Assembly (NCBI GenBank): GCA_001767695.1
Contig: MELR01000015.1
Location: 39,887-103,886 of the forward strand
Direction of reading: 5' to 3'
DNA length: 64,000 nt
Origin: Actinobacteria bacterium RBG_16_68_21
Lineage (GTDB): Bacteria; Actinomycetota; Acidimicrobiia; Spongiisociales; UBA11373
Part shown: positions 1 to 9,248 of the stretch, piece after piece
Layout of the letters: every line of letters starts with the position of its first letter
How positions within the stretch are numbered: position 1 is the first letter of the stretch
Position numbers and translations under genes: made by a program
The notes under the pieces: model-generated
Database searches by the model: none
The model's input: only the letters and a program-made list of their open reading frames with translations
What the model was told of the DNA's origin: nothing

Positions 1-678
1 GCCGGGAGCGACACCATCTACGGAGGTGATGCCGACGACGTCATCGAGGGCGGGGGAGGGCGCGACGTCATCTACGGTGAGAACGGCGACGACCGGCTCG
101 TCGGGAACCGCGGAAGCGATACCGGCGACGGCGGCGACGGAACCGACACCTGCAAGTCGATCGAGACCGCCACATCGTGTGAAACGGGGACCGGCACGAC
201 GACCACCACCACGGTCCCTGCGGGAGCCCGCCTCGACTACACCCTGCCCGCGGCGATGAGTGTCACGTTGCCCACCAACTTCCCCCTCCCCGATCCGAGG
301 GTGTTCGGCATAGTCTCCGGCGGGGACATCAGCACGGCCTACCTCAACACGGACCCGCTGCACCGCAGCGGCGATTGCACCGGATTCGCGATCCAGAACC
401 CCGATTTCGAGCTGACCTATGCCGCCGGTATGGGGACCCAGCCGCTGCTTCGCTTCTGGTGGAGTTCGAACGACGGAACCGGCAACGCCGTGCTGATCAT
501 CAACGCTCCCAACGGGAAGTGGTTCTGCAACGACGACTCGTTCGGCACGCTCCATCCGACCATCGAATTCGACAACCCCACCACCGGGGTGTACGACGTG
601 TATGTGGCGAGCCGTACCGCGGGCAGCGGCCGGCCCGGCATGCTGAGGGTCACGGAACTCACCGGAAGTCACCCCTAG
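1..678 (+). CDS. Secreted calcium-binding repeat (RTX-type GGxGxD) protein. It is 5'-truncated by the window edge. The C-terminal part is a PPC (pre-peptidase C-terminal)-like beta-sandwich domain.
   Basis: Frame 1 is open from base 1 to the TAG at 676-678. The translation begins AGSDTIYGGDADDVIEGGGGRDVIYGENGDDRLVGNRGSDTGDGGDGTD, which is a set of nonapeptide GGxGxD repeats. The tail (LLRFWWSSNDGTGNAVLIINAPNGKWFCNDDSFG...VYDVYVASRTAGSG) resembles a PPC-type domain. The track ORF 256..678 is the in-frame internal Met. Confidence 0.6.
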   Translation, partial: AGSDTIYGGDADDVIEGGGGRDVIYGENGDDRLVGNRGSDTGDGGDGTDTCKSIETATSCETGTGTTTTTTVPAGARLDYTLPAAMSVTLPTNFPLPDPRVFGIVSGGDISTAYLNTDPLHRSGDCTGFAIQNPDFELTYAAGMGTQPLLRFWWSSNDGTGNAVLIINAPNGKWFCNDDSFGTLHPTIEFDNPTTGVYDVYVASRTAGSGRPGMLRVTELTGSHP

Positions 679-764
679 GTCCGAGAGTGCTGGAGAGCGG
701 GAGTCCGGTCTTCCGAGATACCGGGGTCACGGACGCCTGGGGTCGCTGAGTTAGGTTTCGAGCC

Positions 765-1481
765 TTGTCTAGGGTGCCTGCGATGAAGTCCATCAAGGCA
801 CTCAGTGTCATCGTGGTCCTCTCTGTGGCGACGTTCGCTCCGGGCGCATCCGGGGCCGAGGGTCCGGTGACCCACGGGAGCCGCGGCATGTCGACTTGTT
901 TCGGCCGGACGGCGACGCTTGTAGGAACCAACGGCGATGACCTCCTCGAGGGAGGACCTGGCTCGGACGTGATCGACGGTCGGGGCGGGAACGACACGAT
1001 CAACGGTCTCGGCGGCAAGGACTACCTGTGCGGTGGAGCCGGTGACGACACGATCAACGGCGGCGGCGGGCGGGACCGTATCAAGGGGCAGGGCGGAGAC
1101 GACGCCATAGATGGCGGGGCGGGCACAGACTTCGCCAACGGTGGCTCCGGTACCGACGAGTGCCTGGCCGAGTCGACCAGGAGATGTGAGGAGTCGGCGG
1201 TCCCGGACACCGTCGAGGTCTCGATCAAGAGCCTGGCATTCCATCCAGCCACGCTCACCGTTGTGGCGGGCACGACCGTCAGATGGACCAACAACGAGAG
1301 CAGCGACTACTACGGCGGCGGTGCTCTCACGCACACGGTGACCTCGACCAGTGAGCTGTGGGAGGAGCAGGTCCTGGGTGGTGGGGCGGCCTACGAGTTC
1401 ACGTTTGAGGCCCCGGGGACCTACGCCTACATGTGCACCATCCACCCGTCGATGACCGGGACGGTCACGGTCACCGGGTGA
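765..1481 (+). CDS. Secreted fusion protein: RTX-type calcium-binding repeats followed by a C-terminal type-1 (blue) copper cupredoxin domain.
   Basis: N-terminal signal peptide MKSIKALSVIVVLSVATFAPGASGA. Repeats GGPGSDVIDGRGGNDTINGLGGKDYLCGGAGDDTINGGGGRDRIKGQGGDDAIDGGAGTD. The C-terminus (FHPATLTVVAGTTVRWTNN...HTV...GTYAYMCTIHPSMTGTVTV) carries the His, Cys, His and Met ligand spacing of plastocyanin/pseudoazurin-like cupredoxins. Confidence 0.7.
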   Translation: MSRVPAMKSIKALSVIVVLSVATFAPGASGAEGPVTHGSRGMSTCFGRTATLVGTNGDDLLEGGPGSDVIDGRGGNDTINGLGGKDYLCGGAGDDTINGGGGRDRIKGQGGDDAIDGGAGTDFANGGSGTDECLAESTRRCEESAVPDTVEVSIKSLAFHPATLTVVAGTTVRWTNNESSDYYGGGALTHTVTSTSELWEEQVLGGGAAYEFTFEAPGTYAYMCTIHPSMTGTVTVTG

Positions 1482-1509
1482 CGGCGGGGGCCTCGTATTC
1501 GACGCAGTC

Positions 1510-1748
1510 TTCGGCGGGGACGTCCATGCTCCGCTTCTGATGGAGTTCGAACGGCGGAACGGGCAACGCGGTTCTGATCATCAACGCTCTCAACGCGAAG
1601 TGGTATCGCAGCGACGACTCGCTCGGCGCGCTCCATCCGGTCGACTTCAACGGCTCGGCCACGGAGATATCCGACGTGCATGTGGCGAGCTGACGGCGGG
1701 AGGTACGACATGCTGAGGGTCACGGAACTCAACGGAAGTCACCCTTGA
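1510..1748 (+). pseudogene. Decayed duplicate of the 3' end (about nt 438-678) of the upstream RTX/PPC gene. It is a gene fragment, not an intact CDS.
   Basis: Nucleotide similarity is visible by eye. Compare ccgcttctgatggagttcgaacggcggaacgggcaacgcggttctgatcatcaacgctctcaacgcgaagtgg... here with cgcttctggtggagttcgaacgacggaaccggcaacgccgtgctgatcatcaacgctcccaacgggaagtgg... at 448+. The copy ends ...gctgagggtcacggaactcaacggaagtcacccttga, against ...gctgagggtcacggaactcaccggaagtcacccctag for the original. The copy has an in-frame TGA (ttctgatgg) and indels. Confidence 0.6.
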
Positions 1749-1981
1749 ATCCCCGGGGAGGCGAGTGATCTGGCAGTCACAGCTCGGCGCCCGCGACGCG
1801 CGTGCATGCGAGAGATCGCCCTTTCAGGGTTGACTGGCTCCTGCCGACGGAGCCGGACGGTCTGGCTGCGCGAGAAAGGGCCGTCGTGCCTGACGCTCCA
1901 GGAAGCCCGCTGCGACCGGTTGAGGAGCCGGAGCCGGACCAGTGATCAGGGTGAAACCTACGATTGACTGCAGGTGCGGAA

Positions 1982-2623
1982 ATGAATGCGACGGTTGCGA
2001 CGACCGTGTTCAGCGGTGTAGCCGTGGTCTGGCTGCTGGTAACGGAGGCTCGGGATGGCCGGTGGCGACGCCCGGCCAAGATGGCGGCTTCCAGCGGTTT
2101 CATCGCGGTGGCGATCGCCGCCGGTGCCCTGGGATCGGGGTTCGGGAGACTGGTGGTCGCCGGGCTGGCGCTCTCCTGGGTGGGTGACCTCTTGCTGACC
2201 CTCCCGGCGCCGATGGCATTCCTCGGCGGGCTGGCGGCATTCCTCTGCGGGCACGTCGCCTACATCGCCGCCTTCGTGGTACGAGGAGTGGGCATGGCGG
2301 TCGTCGCCATCGCCGCGGCGATTGTTGCCCTCACCGCGGCGCTGGTATGGCGCTGGCTGTCGCCCCACGTGTCGGGGGTGATGCGACCGGCAGTGGTCGC
2401 CTATGTGATCGTGATCTCGATCATGGTGATCGCTGCCGCCGGGACGACGGCCCGTCATGGTGACGCCCGGGTGCTCCTCGGGGCGGCCGCCTTCTTCCTT
2501 TCTGATCTTGCCGTTGCCCGGGAACGGTTCGTCACTCCCGGGTTCGCCAACCGGGCGTGGGGGTTGCCCCTCTACTACCTCGGTCAGGTGCTGCTGGCGC
2601 TGGCGGCGGGTGCGACCGGATGA
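1982..2623 (+). CDS. Lysoplasmalogenase (YhhN) family integral membrane protein.
   Basis: Multi-TM hydrophobic protein with YhhN-like motifs LSWVGDLLL, CGHVAYIAAF and FFLSDLAVARE. The frame matches track ORF 1964..2623. I use the ATG at 1982; the track start is a TTG at 1964. Confidence 0.6.
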   Translation: MNATVATTVFSGVAVVWLLVTEARDGRWRRPAKMAASSGFIAVAIAAGALGSGFGRLVVAGLALSWVGDLLLTLPAPMAFLGGLAAFLCGHVAYIAAFVVRGVGMAVVAIAAAIVALTAALVWRWLSPHVSGVMRPAVVAYVIVISIMVIAAAGTTARHGDARVLLGAAAFFLSDLAVARERFVTPGFANRAWGLPLYYLGQVLLALAAGATG

Positions 2624-2692
2624 CCACGTCGGCTGTCTCTCGGCGGCCCGGCACGGACCGGTAGCCTGGCCCGAGTTGCTGAGGGGGAGCAG

Positions 2693-3301
2693 ATGACTGA
2701 TCTTCAGATCGTCGGAGGGTGGCTTCTGTTGGTGGTGCCGCTGATGGTGGTCGAGGCGACCGCCTATGTGCCGGCCGGATTCGACTCGGCGTTCTGGGCG
2801 TTGCCCCTGGCCGAGAAGCTTCCCCGCATCGCCGCCGAGGAGCACCGGTGGCTGCGCATGGCGCGGGTGTGGATCGTGATCCCGGTGGTCGTGGCGGCCG
2901 GGCTTCTTGCCGGCTCGGTGGTGGCACTGGGGGTTGATGTCTGGGTGTGGCTGGGCACCGGCATCGCCCTGGTGTGTGCCGCCGTCGCCGTGTTGATGTT
3001 CGCGACTCAGGGCGCAGCCGCGATTGCCGCCGCCCGCCGCGGCACGGCCCCCGACTGGCTCGAGGCGACCTGGGGGGTGCTCTCCGACGTGGAGCGAACC
3101 TACGTGGTCGGCACCAGCGTGGCATCCGTCCTCATCGGCATCGGTTTGACTGACGGAGCGGTTCTCGGTACCTGGGTGGCGTGGTCGATGATCGCGGCCC
3201 CTGGGCTTGTGGCAGCTTCCGCACTGATCACCGGATCCTTCTTCCCCCACATGGCTCTGCTCGGACCGCTCATCCTTGCGGTCGGGATGATGCTGTCGTG
3301 A
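2693..3301 (+). CDS. Hypothetical integral membrane protein.
   Basis: ATG start. About six hydrophobic segments. GC3-rich coding frame. I recognise no family. Confidence 0.5.
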   Translation: MTDLQIVGGWLLLVVPLMVVEATAYVPAGFDSAFWALPLAEKLPRIAAEEHRWLRMARVWIVIPVVVAAGLLAGSVVALGVDVWVWLGTGIALVCAAVAVLMFATQGAAAIAAARRGTAPDWLEATWGVLSDVERTYVVGTSVASVLIGIGLTDGAVLGTWVAWSMIAAPGLVAASALITGSFFPHMALLGPLILAVGMMLS

Positions 3302-3343
3302 CGGCGGCTGAGGGGCCGGCCGCGGCGCGATAGCCTGAGCGGG

Positions 3344-5044
3344 ATGTCGAACCCACTGGTCGAGTGCGTCCCCAACTTCTCCGAAGGCCGCGACCCCAAG
3401 GTACTCGACGCCATCGCCGCCGCCATCACCTCGGTGGACGGCGTGGCGCTGCTCGATGTCGATCCCGGGGCTTCCACCAACCGCACCGTGGTCACCTTCG
3501 TCGGCTCGCCCGAGGCGGTGGTCGAGGGGGCGGTCCGGGCGGGACGGGCCGCCGCCCAGCACATCGAAATGAGCCGTCATCACGGCGCCCACCCTCGGTT
3601 CGGGGCGATGGACGTATGCCCCTTCGTCCCGGTGCGCGACATCACGATGGACGAGGTGGTGACGCTGGCCCGGGAGGCGGCCCGCCGGCTCGCCGACGAG
3701 GTCGGCCTCACCGTCTTCCTCTACGAACATGCCGCCTCCTCCCCCCGGCGGAGGAATCTGGCCGAGGTGCGCCAAGGCGAATACGAGGGACTGGCGGCCC
3801 GGCTGGCCGATCCCGAATGGCAACCCGACTTCGGCCCGGCGACGTTCAACCCCCGCAGCGGGGCGACCGCGGTCGGAGCCCGGGAGTTCCTCGTCGCCTA
3901 CAACGTCAACCTCAACACCACCTCGACCCGCCGGGCCAACGCGGTGGCCTTCGATGTTCGGGAGCGGGGGAGGGTGAAGCGGATCGGCGACCCGCTCACC
4001 GGCGAGGTGGTGCGCGGTCCCGACGGCGAGCCCGAGTGGGAACCGGGAGAACTCGCCGGTGTCAAGGCGATCGGCTGGTACATCGCGGAGTACGGGGTCT
4101 GCCAGGTGTCGATGAACCTCACCGACATCTCGGTGACCCCGATCCACGTCGCCTTCGACGCGGTGGCGGAGCACGCCGCCGCCCGGGGGATGCGGGTCAC
4201 CGGATCGGAGATCGTCGGATTGGTGCCGCTGCGGGCGATGCTCGACGCCGGCCGGCACTACCTGGCCCGCCAGCAGCGCTCGCTGGGGATCCCCGACGAG
4301 GAGATCGTCCACATCGCGGTGCGTTCCCTCGGTCTCGACGACCTGACGCCGTTCGACCCGCGCGAAAAGATCATCGAGTGGCGGGTCGCCGAGCAGGGGT
4401 CGCGGCTGGTCGACCGCAGCGTCGCCGGGTTCGTCGGGTCGGTGGCCGCGGAGGCACCCGCCCCCGGCGGCGGCTCGGTGGCGGCCCTCGCCGGGTCGCT
4501 CGGGGCGGCGCTGGGGACGATGGTCGCCAACCTGTCGGCGCACAAGCGGGGATGGGACGACCGATGGGAGGAGTTCTCCGACTGGGCGGTGCGGGGCAAG
4601 GACCTCCACGCCCGGCTGCTCCGTCTGGTCGACGAGGACACCACCGCCTTCGACGCGCTCCTCACCGCCCACCGCATGCCCCGCGGCTCCGAAGCCGAGA
4701 TCGCCGCCCGGGACGAGGCCGTCGCCGCGGCGACCCGGGGAGCCATCGAGGTGCCGCTGGCGGTGATGGCGGCGTCGTTGGAGGCGATGGCGGTGATCGC
4801 GGCAATGGCCGCCACCGGTCTCGACACCTCCGTCAGCGACGCCGGCGTCGGTGCCCTGATGGCGCGTGCCGCGGTTCGTGGCGCCCAACTCAACGTCGCC
4901 ATCAACGCCGCCGGGCTCGCCGACGCCGCCCTCCGCGACGACTACCTGGGGCGGGCGTCCCTCATCGCGGAACGGGCCGCCTCCGAGGAGGCCCGGATCC
5001 TGGCGGTGGTGGCGGCACGGATGCCTGCGGAGACCTCCCGCTGA
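3344..5044 (+). CDS. ftcD: Bifunctional glutamate formimidoyltransferase / formimidoyltetrahydrofolate cyclodeaminase.
   Basis: The N-terminus MSNPLVECVPNFSEGRD is the hallmark of formiminotransferases. The C-terminal half (APAPGGGSVAALAGSLGAALGTMVANLS) matches the cyclodeaminase domain. The alternative frame 3364..5136 is Arg/Gly/Pro junk. Confidence 0.85.
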   Translation: MSNPLVECVPNFSEGRDPKVLDAIAAAITSVDGVALLDVDPGASTNRTVVTFVGSPEAVVEGAVRAGRAAAQHIEMSRHHGAHPRFGAMDVCPFVPVRDITMDEVVTLAREAARRLADEVGLTVFLYEHAASSPRRRNLAEVRQGEYEGLAARLADPEWQPDFGPATFNPRSGATAVGAREFLVAYNVNLNTTSTRRANAVAFDVRERGRVKRIGDPLTGEVVRGPDGEPEWEPGELAGVKAIGWYIAEYGVCQVSMNLTDISVTPIHVAFDAVAEHAAARGMRVTGSEIVGLVPLRAMLDAGRHYLARQQRSLGIPDEEIVHIAVRSLGLDDLTPFDPREKIIEWRVAEQGSRLVDRSVAGFVGSVAAEAPAPGGGSVAALAGSLGAALGTMVANLSAHKRGWDDRWEEFSDWAVRGKDLHARLLRLVDEDTTAFDALLTAHRMPRGSEAEIAARDEAVAAATRGAIEVPLAVMAASLEAMAVIAAMAATGLDTSVSDAGVGALMARAAVRGAQLNVAINAAGLADAALRDDYLGRASLIAERAASEEARILAVVAARMPAETSR

Positions 5045-5158
5045 GCAGAGCCGGGTGCGGTCATATCGATGGATCGGCGACACTACGGTTGGCACCGCCG
5101 CTGTGGTCCCCGGGACGATGCGGGCAGTACCAGTGACCAGCCCGGAGTAGCCGCCGTC

Positions 5159-5920
5159 ATGCCCCAGCCTCGGATCGTCATCTCCCCCGACCGCTTCGAC
5201 GCGGTGATCTTCGACCTGGACGGGGTGATCACCGACACCGCCCGGGTCCACCTCGTCGCCTGGAAGCGCCTGTTCGACGAGTACCTGGCGGTTGTGGATC
5301 CGGATGCGACGGGATTCAGCGACGACGACTACCTCCGCTTCGTCGACGGCCGGGCGCGCATCGACGGGGTCGAAGCGTTCCTCGCCTCACGGGGAATCCA
5401 CCTCGACCACGGCGACGCCGACGATCCACCCGACGCCCCCACCGCCTGGGGCCTGGCCAACCGCAAGAACGGCTACTACCTGGACGCCCTCGCCGTGGAG
5501 GGCGTCGACGTCTTCGCCTCGTCGGTGGGGGTGGCCGAACAGGCGCGCGCCGCCGGGATGGGCACCGCGGTGGTCACCGCCAGCAAGAACCGGGATCAGG
5601 TGCTCGCCATCGCCGGCCTCGCGCGCCTGTTCGACGCCCACGTCGACGGCATCGACGCCGAGCGAATCGGTCTGGCGGGAAAACCGGACCCGGCAACCTT
5701 CCTCGAAGCGGCCCGGCGTCTCCAGGTCGACCCGGAGCGTGCGGTGGTGGTTGAGGACGCCATCGCCGGGGTGGAAGCGGGACGACGGGGCGGGTTCGGC
5801 CTGGTGATCGGCGTCGACCGCCGCCACCAGGGCGCTGCCCTGCTGAGCGGCGGGGCGGACGTGGTCGTCGCCGACCTCGCCGAGGTCGCCGTCGCCGCCG
5901 TACCGGGAGGGACCTGGTGA
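5159..5920 (+). CDS. HAD-superfamily hydrolase, beta-phosphoglucomutase-like.
   Basis: Motif I FDLDGVITDT. Downstream GKPDPATF and VVEDAIAGVEAG. ATGA overlap (5917-5920) with the GH65 gene. The start is the internal Met MPQPRIV of track ORF 5069..5920. Confidence 0.75.
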   Translation: MPQPRIVISPDRFDAVIFDLDGVITDTARVHLVAWKRLFDEYLAVVDPDATGFSDDDYLRFVDGRARIDGVEAFLASRGIHLDHGDADDPPDAPTAWGLANRKNGYYLDALAVEGVDVFASSVGVAEQARAAGMGTAVVTASKNRDQVLAIAGLARLFDAHVDGIDAERIGLAGKPDPATFLEAARRLQVDPERAVVVEDAIAGVEAGRRGGFGLVIGVDRRHQGAALLSGGADVVVADLAEVAVAAVPGGTW

Positions 5921-8331
5921 CCGGGAGTCCCTGGGTGATCGAGTTCGACGGGTTCGTGCCCGCTGAGGAGGGACGCCGCGAGGCGCTGTGCACGCTGGGC
6001 AACGGGGTGTTCGCCACCCGGGGCGCCGCCGCCGAATCCCGCGCCGATGGGATCCACTATCCGGGCACCTATGCCGCCGGCCTCTACAACCGGCTGATCT
6101 CTGAGGTCCACGGACGGGTACTCGAGCACGAGAGCGTTCCCAACCTCCCCAACTGGCTGGTGATGACGCTGCGCGCCGACGATGAGGCGTGGCTCGGCGA
6201 GCCCGGCGCCGAGGTGGCCGATCAACATCTCTCCCTGGATCTGCGGGAGGGCATTCTCAATCGCCGGTTCTCGGTGACCGATCCCTCAGGGCGGATCACC
6301 GCGGTGCGGGAGCGGCGGCTGGTGTCGATGGACTCTCCTCATCTCGCCGCCCTGGAATGGTCGATCACACCCCAGAACTGGGAGGGATCTCTCTCCATCC
6401 GGTCGCTGCTCGACGGCGGCGTCGAGAACCGCAACGTTGCCGACGAACGCGAACTGTCCGGGCGGCACCTGCAGGTGATCGCCGCCGGCGAGGGAGATCC
6501 CGGGACGTGTTGGCTGGAGGTGGAGACCGTGCAATCACACCACAGATGCGCCGAGGCGGCGCGCGTCCGCATCGTGATCGACGACCAGATGGCGGCTGTC
6601 CCGTTGGCGCCCTACCGGAACGGGGACGCAGTGGGCTACGAGGCGACCATCCCGGTGCGCCCCGGGGAGACCGTGGTGGTGGAGAAGGTGGTCGCCCTCT
6701 TCACCGGCCTCGACCGGGCGATCTCCGAGCCGCGTTCCGCCGCGGTCGAGGCCCTTGCCGTTGCCGGCGGATTCGACGACCTGGCCGCCGCTCATCGGGT
6801 CGCCTGGCGGCAGCTGTGGGAACAGCACGCCCTGGCGCTGGACGATGCCGACCCCGACGCCGCCCGGATCCTCAACCTGCACATCTTCCACGTGTTGCAG
6901 ACCCTCTCGCCCCACACCGCCGATCGCGACGCCGGCGTCGGCCCGCGCGGACTCCACGGCGAGGGCTATCGGGGGCACATCTTCTGGGATGAGCTGTTCA
7001 TCTTCCCGTTCCTCAACATGCGCACCCCACAGCTCACCCGGGCATTGCTTCTCTACCGCTACCGGCGTCTTCCCGCGGCGCGACGCGCCGCCGCCGATGT
7101 GGGACAGCGCGGCGCGATGTTCCCCTGGCAGAGCGGCAGCGACGGACGGGAGGAGACGCCCACCCAGTTCTTCAATCCGGTCTCGCAGCGATGGATGGCG
7201 GACAACTCGCGGCGGCAGCGCCACGTCGGCCTCGCCGTGGCCTACAACGTGTGGCAGTACTACACCGTGTCGGCCGACACCGACTTCCTCGTCACCTACG
7301 GAGCGGAGATGCTCGTCGAGATCTCCCGGTTCTTCCTCTCCCTGGCCCACTACGACGAGGCCGACGACCGATTCCACATCCGGGGGGTGATGGGACCCGA
7401 CGAGTTCCACGATGGATATCCGGATCGTCCCGGCGAGGGAATCGACGACAACGCCTACACCAACGTGATGGTCTCGTGGCTGCTGCAGATCACGATCGAT
7501 GCCCACCGGCTGCTCAGCGGGCTCCACACCGAGAACCTGTGGGAACGCCTCGGAGTCACCCCCGAGGAGATCGCCGACTGGGACCGGGTGAGCCGCCGCC
7601 TGGCGGTCCCCTTCTTCGACGGCGGGATCATTGCCCAGTTCGCCGGGTACGAGTACCTCGCCGATCTCGACTGGGAGGCCTACCGGCGCCGCTTTCCGAA
7701 CATCGGCCGGCTCGACCTCATCCTGGAAGCCGAGGGCGACAACACCAACTGCTATCAGCTCTCCAAACAGCCGGACGTGCTGATGCTCCTCTACTTGTTC
7801 TCGGCGGACGAACTGACGATGCTCCTCGACCACCTCGGCTACGAATTCGATCCGGAGGTGATCCCGGAAACGATCGAGTTCTATCTGGCGCGCACCACCA
7901 ACGGCTCGACCCTGAGCCGGGTGGCCCACGCCTGGGTCTTGGCCCGCTACGACCGGGAGCGCTCCTGGCAGACCTTCCTCGAGGCGCTGGTCAGCGACGT
8001 CGCCGACATCCAGGGCGGCACCACCCCTGAGGGCATCCATCTCGGGGCGATGGCGGGGACCATCGACCTGGTACAGCGGTGCTACATGGGCATCGAGCCG
8101 CGCGGCGATGTGCTGTGGTTCGATCCCACTCTGCCCGAAGACCTCGACACCATCGGTCTGACGCTGCGGTACCGGGGTCACTGGCTCGACGTGCTCGCCG
8201 CCGACGGGACACTGCAGGTGAGCCTGCGTCCCTCCGAAGCCGCCCCGGTGCACATCGGGCTGATCGATCATGTGGTGGAGGTGGGCCCGGGCGAGTCGGT
8301 GAGCATTGCCATAGTCGATCCGTCCGGCTGA
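5917..8331 (+). CDS. Glycoside hydrolase family 65 disaccharide phosphorylase (maltose, trehalose or kojibiose phosphorylase type).
   Basis: 804 aa. GH65 catalytic region GHIFWDELFIFPFLNMRTPQLTRALLLYRYRRL...FPWQSGSDGREET. Operonic with a beta-PGM-like HAD gene, which is the classic pairing. Confidence 0.85.
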   Translation: MTGSPWVIEFDGFVPAEEGRREALCTLGNGVFATRGAAAESRADGIHYPGTYAAGLYNRLISEVHGRVLEHESVPNLPNWLVMTLRADDEAWLGEPGAEVADQHLSLDLREGILNRRFSVTDPSGRITAVRERRLVSMDSPHLAALEWSITPQNWEGSLSIRSLLDGGVENRNVADERELSGRHLQVIAAGEGDPGTCWLEVETVQSHHRCAEAARVRIVIDDQMAAVPLAPYRNGDAVGYEATIPVRPGETVVVEKVVALFTGLDRAISEPRSAAVEALAVAGGFDDLAAAHRVAWRQLWEQHALALDDADPDAARILNLHIFHVLQTLSPHTADRDAGVGPRGLHGEGYRGHIFWDELFIFPFLNMRTPQLTRALLLYRYRRLPAARRAAADVGQRGAMFPWQSGSDGREETPTQFFNPVSQRWMADNSRRQRHVGLAVAYNVWQYYTVSADTDFLVTYGAEMLVEISRFFLSLAHYDEADDRFHIRGVMGPDEFHDGYPDRPGEGIDDNAYTNVMVSWLLQITIDAHRLLSGLHTENLWERLGVTPEEIADWDRVSRRLAVPFFDGGIIAQFAGYEYLADLDWEAYRRRFPNIGRLDLILEAEGDNTNCYQLSKQPDVLMLLYLFSADELTMLLDHLGYEFDPEVIPETIEFYLARTTNGSTLSRVAHAWVLARYDRERSWQTFLEALVSDVADIQGGTTPEGIHLGAMAGTIDLVQRCYMGIEPRGDVLWFDPTLPEDLDTIGLTLRYRGHWLDVLAADGTLQVSLRPSEAAPVHIGLIDHVVEVGPGESVSIAIVDPSG

Positions 8332-8482
8332 CACTGCCGTAGAACTTTCAGACTCCTCTTGGTCCTCTCTTCACACGCCCTTAAGAATCGGTCTGCCATT
8401 GTCCGATGAGAGATGCTGGGCCGTGCTCTCGAGAACTCGCCCCCAGCCGGGAAACGCACATAACGCAACAAGGGGGGCAGAG

Positions 8483-9238
8483 ATGCTTCGAAGAATCCTC
8501 AGATTGGCAATGGTCCTCGGTGTGATCACTGCCCTGTTCCCGATGGCTTCGGCCATCGCCACCATCCCGAGGACCGTCACCTGTGATGGTCTGACGGCGA
8601 CGATCGTCGGCACTCCCGGCGATGACGTCATCGACGGCACCAACGGAGATGACGTGATCGTCGGGCTCGGCGGTGACGACGTCATCGACGGTGGCGGTGG
8701 TGACGACGTCATCTGCGGCGGTGCGGGGAACGATGACCTGACCGGCGGCTCGGACGCCGACACGCTAGAAGGCGGCAACGGCCGAGATGTGCTGTCCGGC
8801 GGCGACGGCGACGACTCCCTCGACGGGGGGCGGGGACGTGACCGCATCGAAGGCGATGTGGGCAACGACACAGCTCACGGGTTCAACGGCAACGACAGGG
8901 TCCTCGGCGGCCCCGGCGACGACGACCTGTTCGGCGAAGCCGGCAACGACACCCTTCGCGGGGGCAGCGGCACCGATTCGATCTCCGGCGGCGAGGACGA
9001 TGACACCATCGACGGTGGTGGTGACGACGACGTGATCAGCGGTGACGACGATGACGATGAGATCTCCGGCGGCGAGGGCGACGACGAGATCGACGGTGGT
9101 GAAGGCGACGACACCCTCGACGGTGACGAGGGTGATGACAGCGTCGACGGTGGTGAGGGCGACGACACCCTCGACGGTGACGAGGGCGATGACACCCTCG
9201 ACGGTGGCGACGGCGACGACGTCGAAGTCGACGACTGA
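8483..9238 (+). CDS. Secreted RTX-type calcium-binding repeat protein with a highly acidic C-terminal repeat array.
   Basis: ATG at 8483 preceded by aggggggcagag. Signal peptide MLRRILRLAMVLGVITALFPMASAIA. Many GTPGDDVIDG / GGDDVIDGGGGDDVICGGAGNDDL nonapeptides. The tail is DGGEGDDTLDGDEGDDSVDGGEGDDTL... Confidence 0.7.
   Translation: MLRRILRLAMVLGVITALFPMASAIATIPRTVTCDGLTATIVGTPGDDVIDGTNGDDVIVGLGGDDVIDGGGGDDVICGGAGNDDLTGGSDADTLEGGNGRDVLSGGDGDDSLDGGRGRDRIEGDVGNDTAHGFNGNDRVLGGPGDDDLFGEAGNDTLRGGSGTDSISGGEDDDTIDGGGDDDVISGDDDDDEISGGEGDDEIDGGEGDDTLDGDEGDDSVDGGEGDDTLDGDEGDDTLDGGDGDDVEVDD
9085..9230 (+). repeat. Tandem 27-nt repeats (about 5 copies) encoding DGGEGDDTL / DGDEGDDSV nonapeptides inside the RTX gene.
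   Basis: gacggtggtgaaggcgacgacaccctc, gacggtgacgagggtgatgacagcgtc, gacggtggtgagggcgacgacaccctc and gacggtgacgagggcgatgacaccctc follow one another directly. Confidence 0.6.
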
Positions 9239-9248
9239 CACCACCCAG

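Noticed and set aside
1540-1560. ggagttcgaacgg, which resembles a tRNA T-arm.
   Set aside because: It lies within the duplicated coding fragment, and the same motif sits in gene 1 at 461-473. No cloverleaf context. I found no tRNA-like 72-90-nt structures in any intergenic gap.
3364-5136. 590-aa plus-strand ORF overlapping ftcD in another frame.
   Set aside because: R/G/P-rich junk composition. The frame starting at 3344 gives the canonical formiminotransferase N-terminus.
1958-5251. 1097-aa ORF on the minus strand spanning the YhhN, membrane-protein and ftcD genes.
   Set aside because: Its translation is a low-complexity Arg/Gly/Pro/His-rich string, the typical antisense artefact of 70% GC DNA. 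The sense strand carries recognisable ftcD and YhhN proteins.
6535-8334. 599-aa minus-strand ORF antisense to the GH65 phosphorylase.
   Set aside because: No recognisable domain and biased composition. GH65 motifs are unambiguous on the plus strand.
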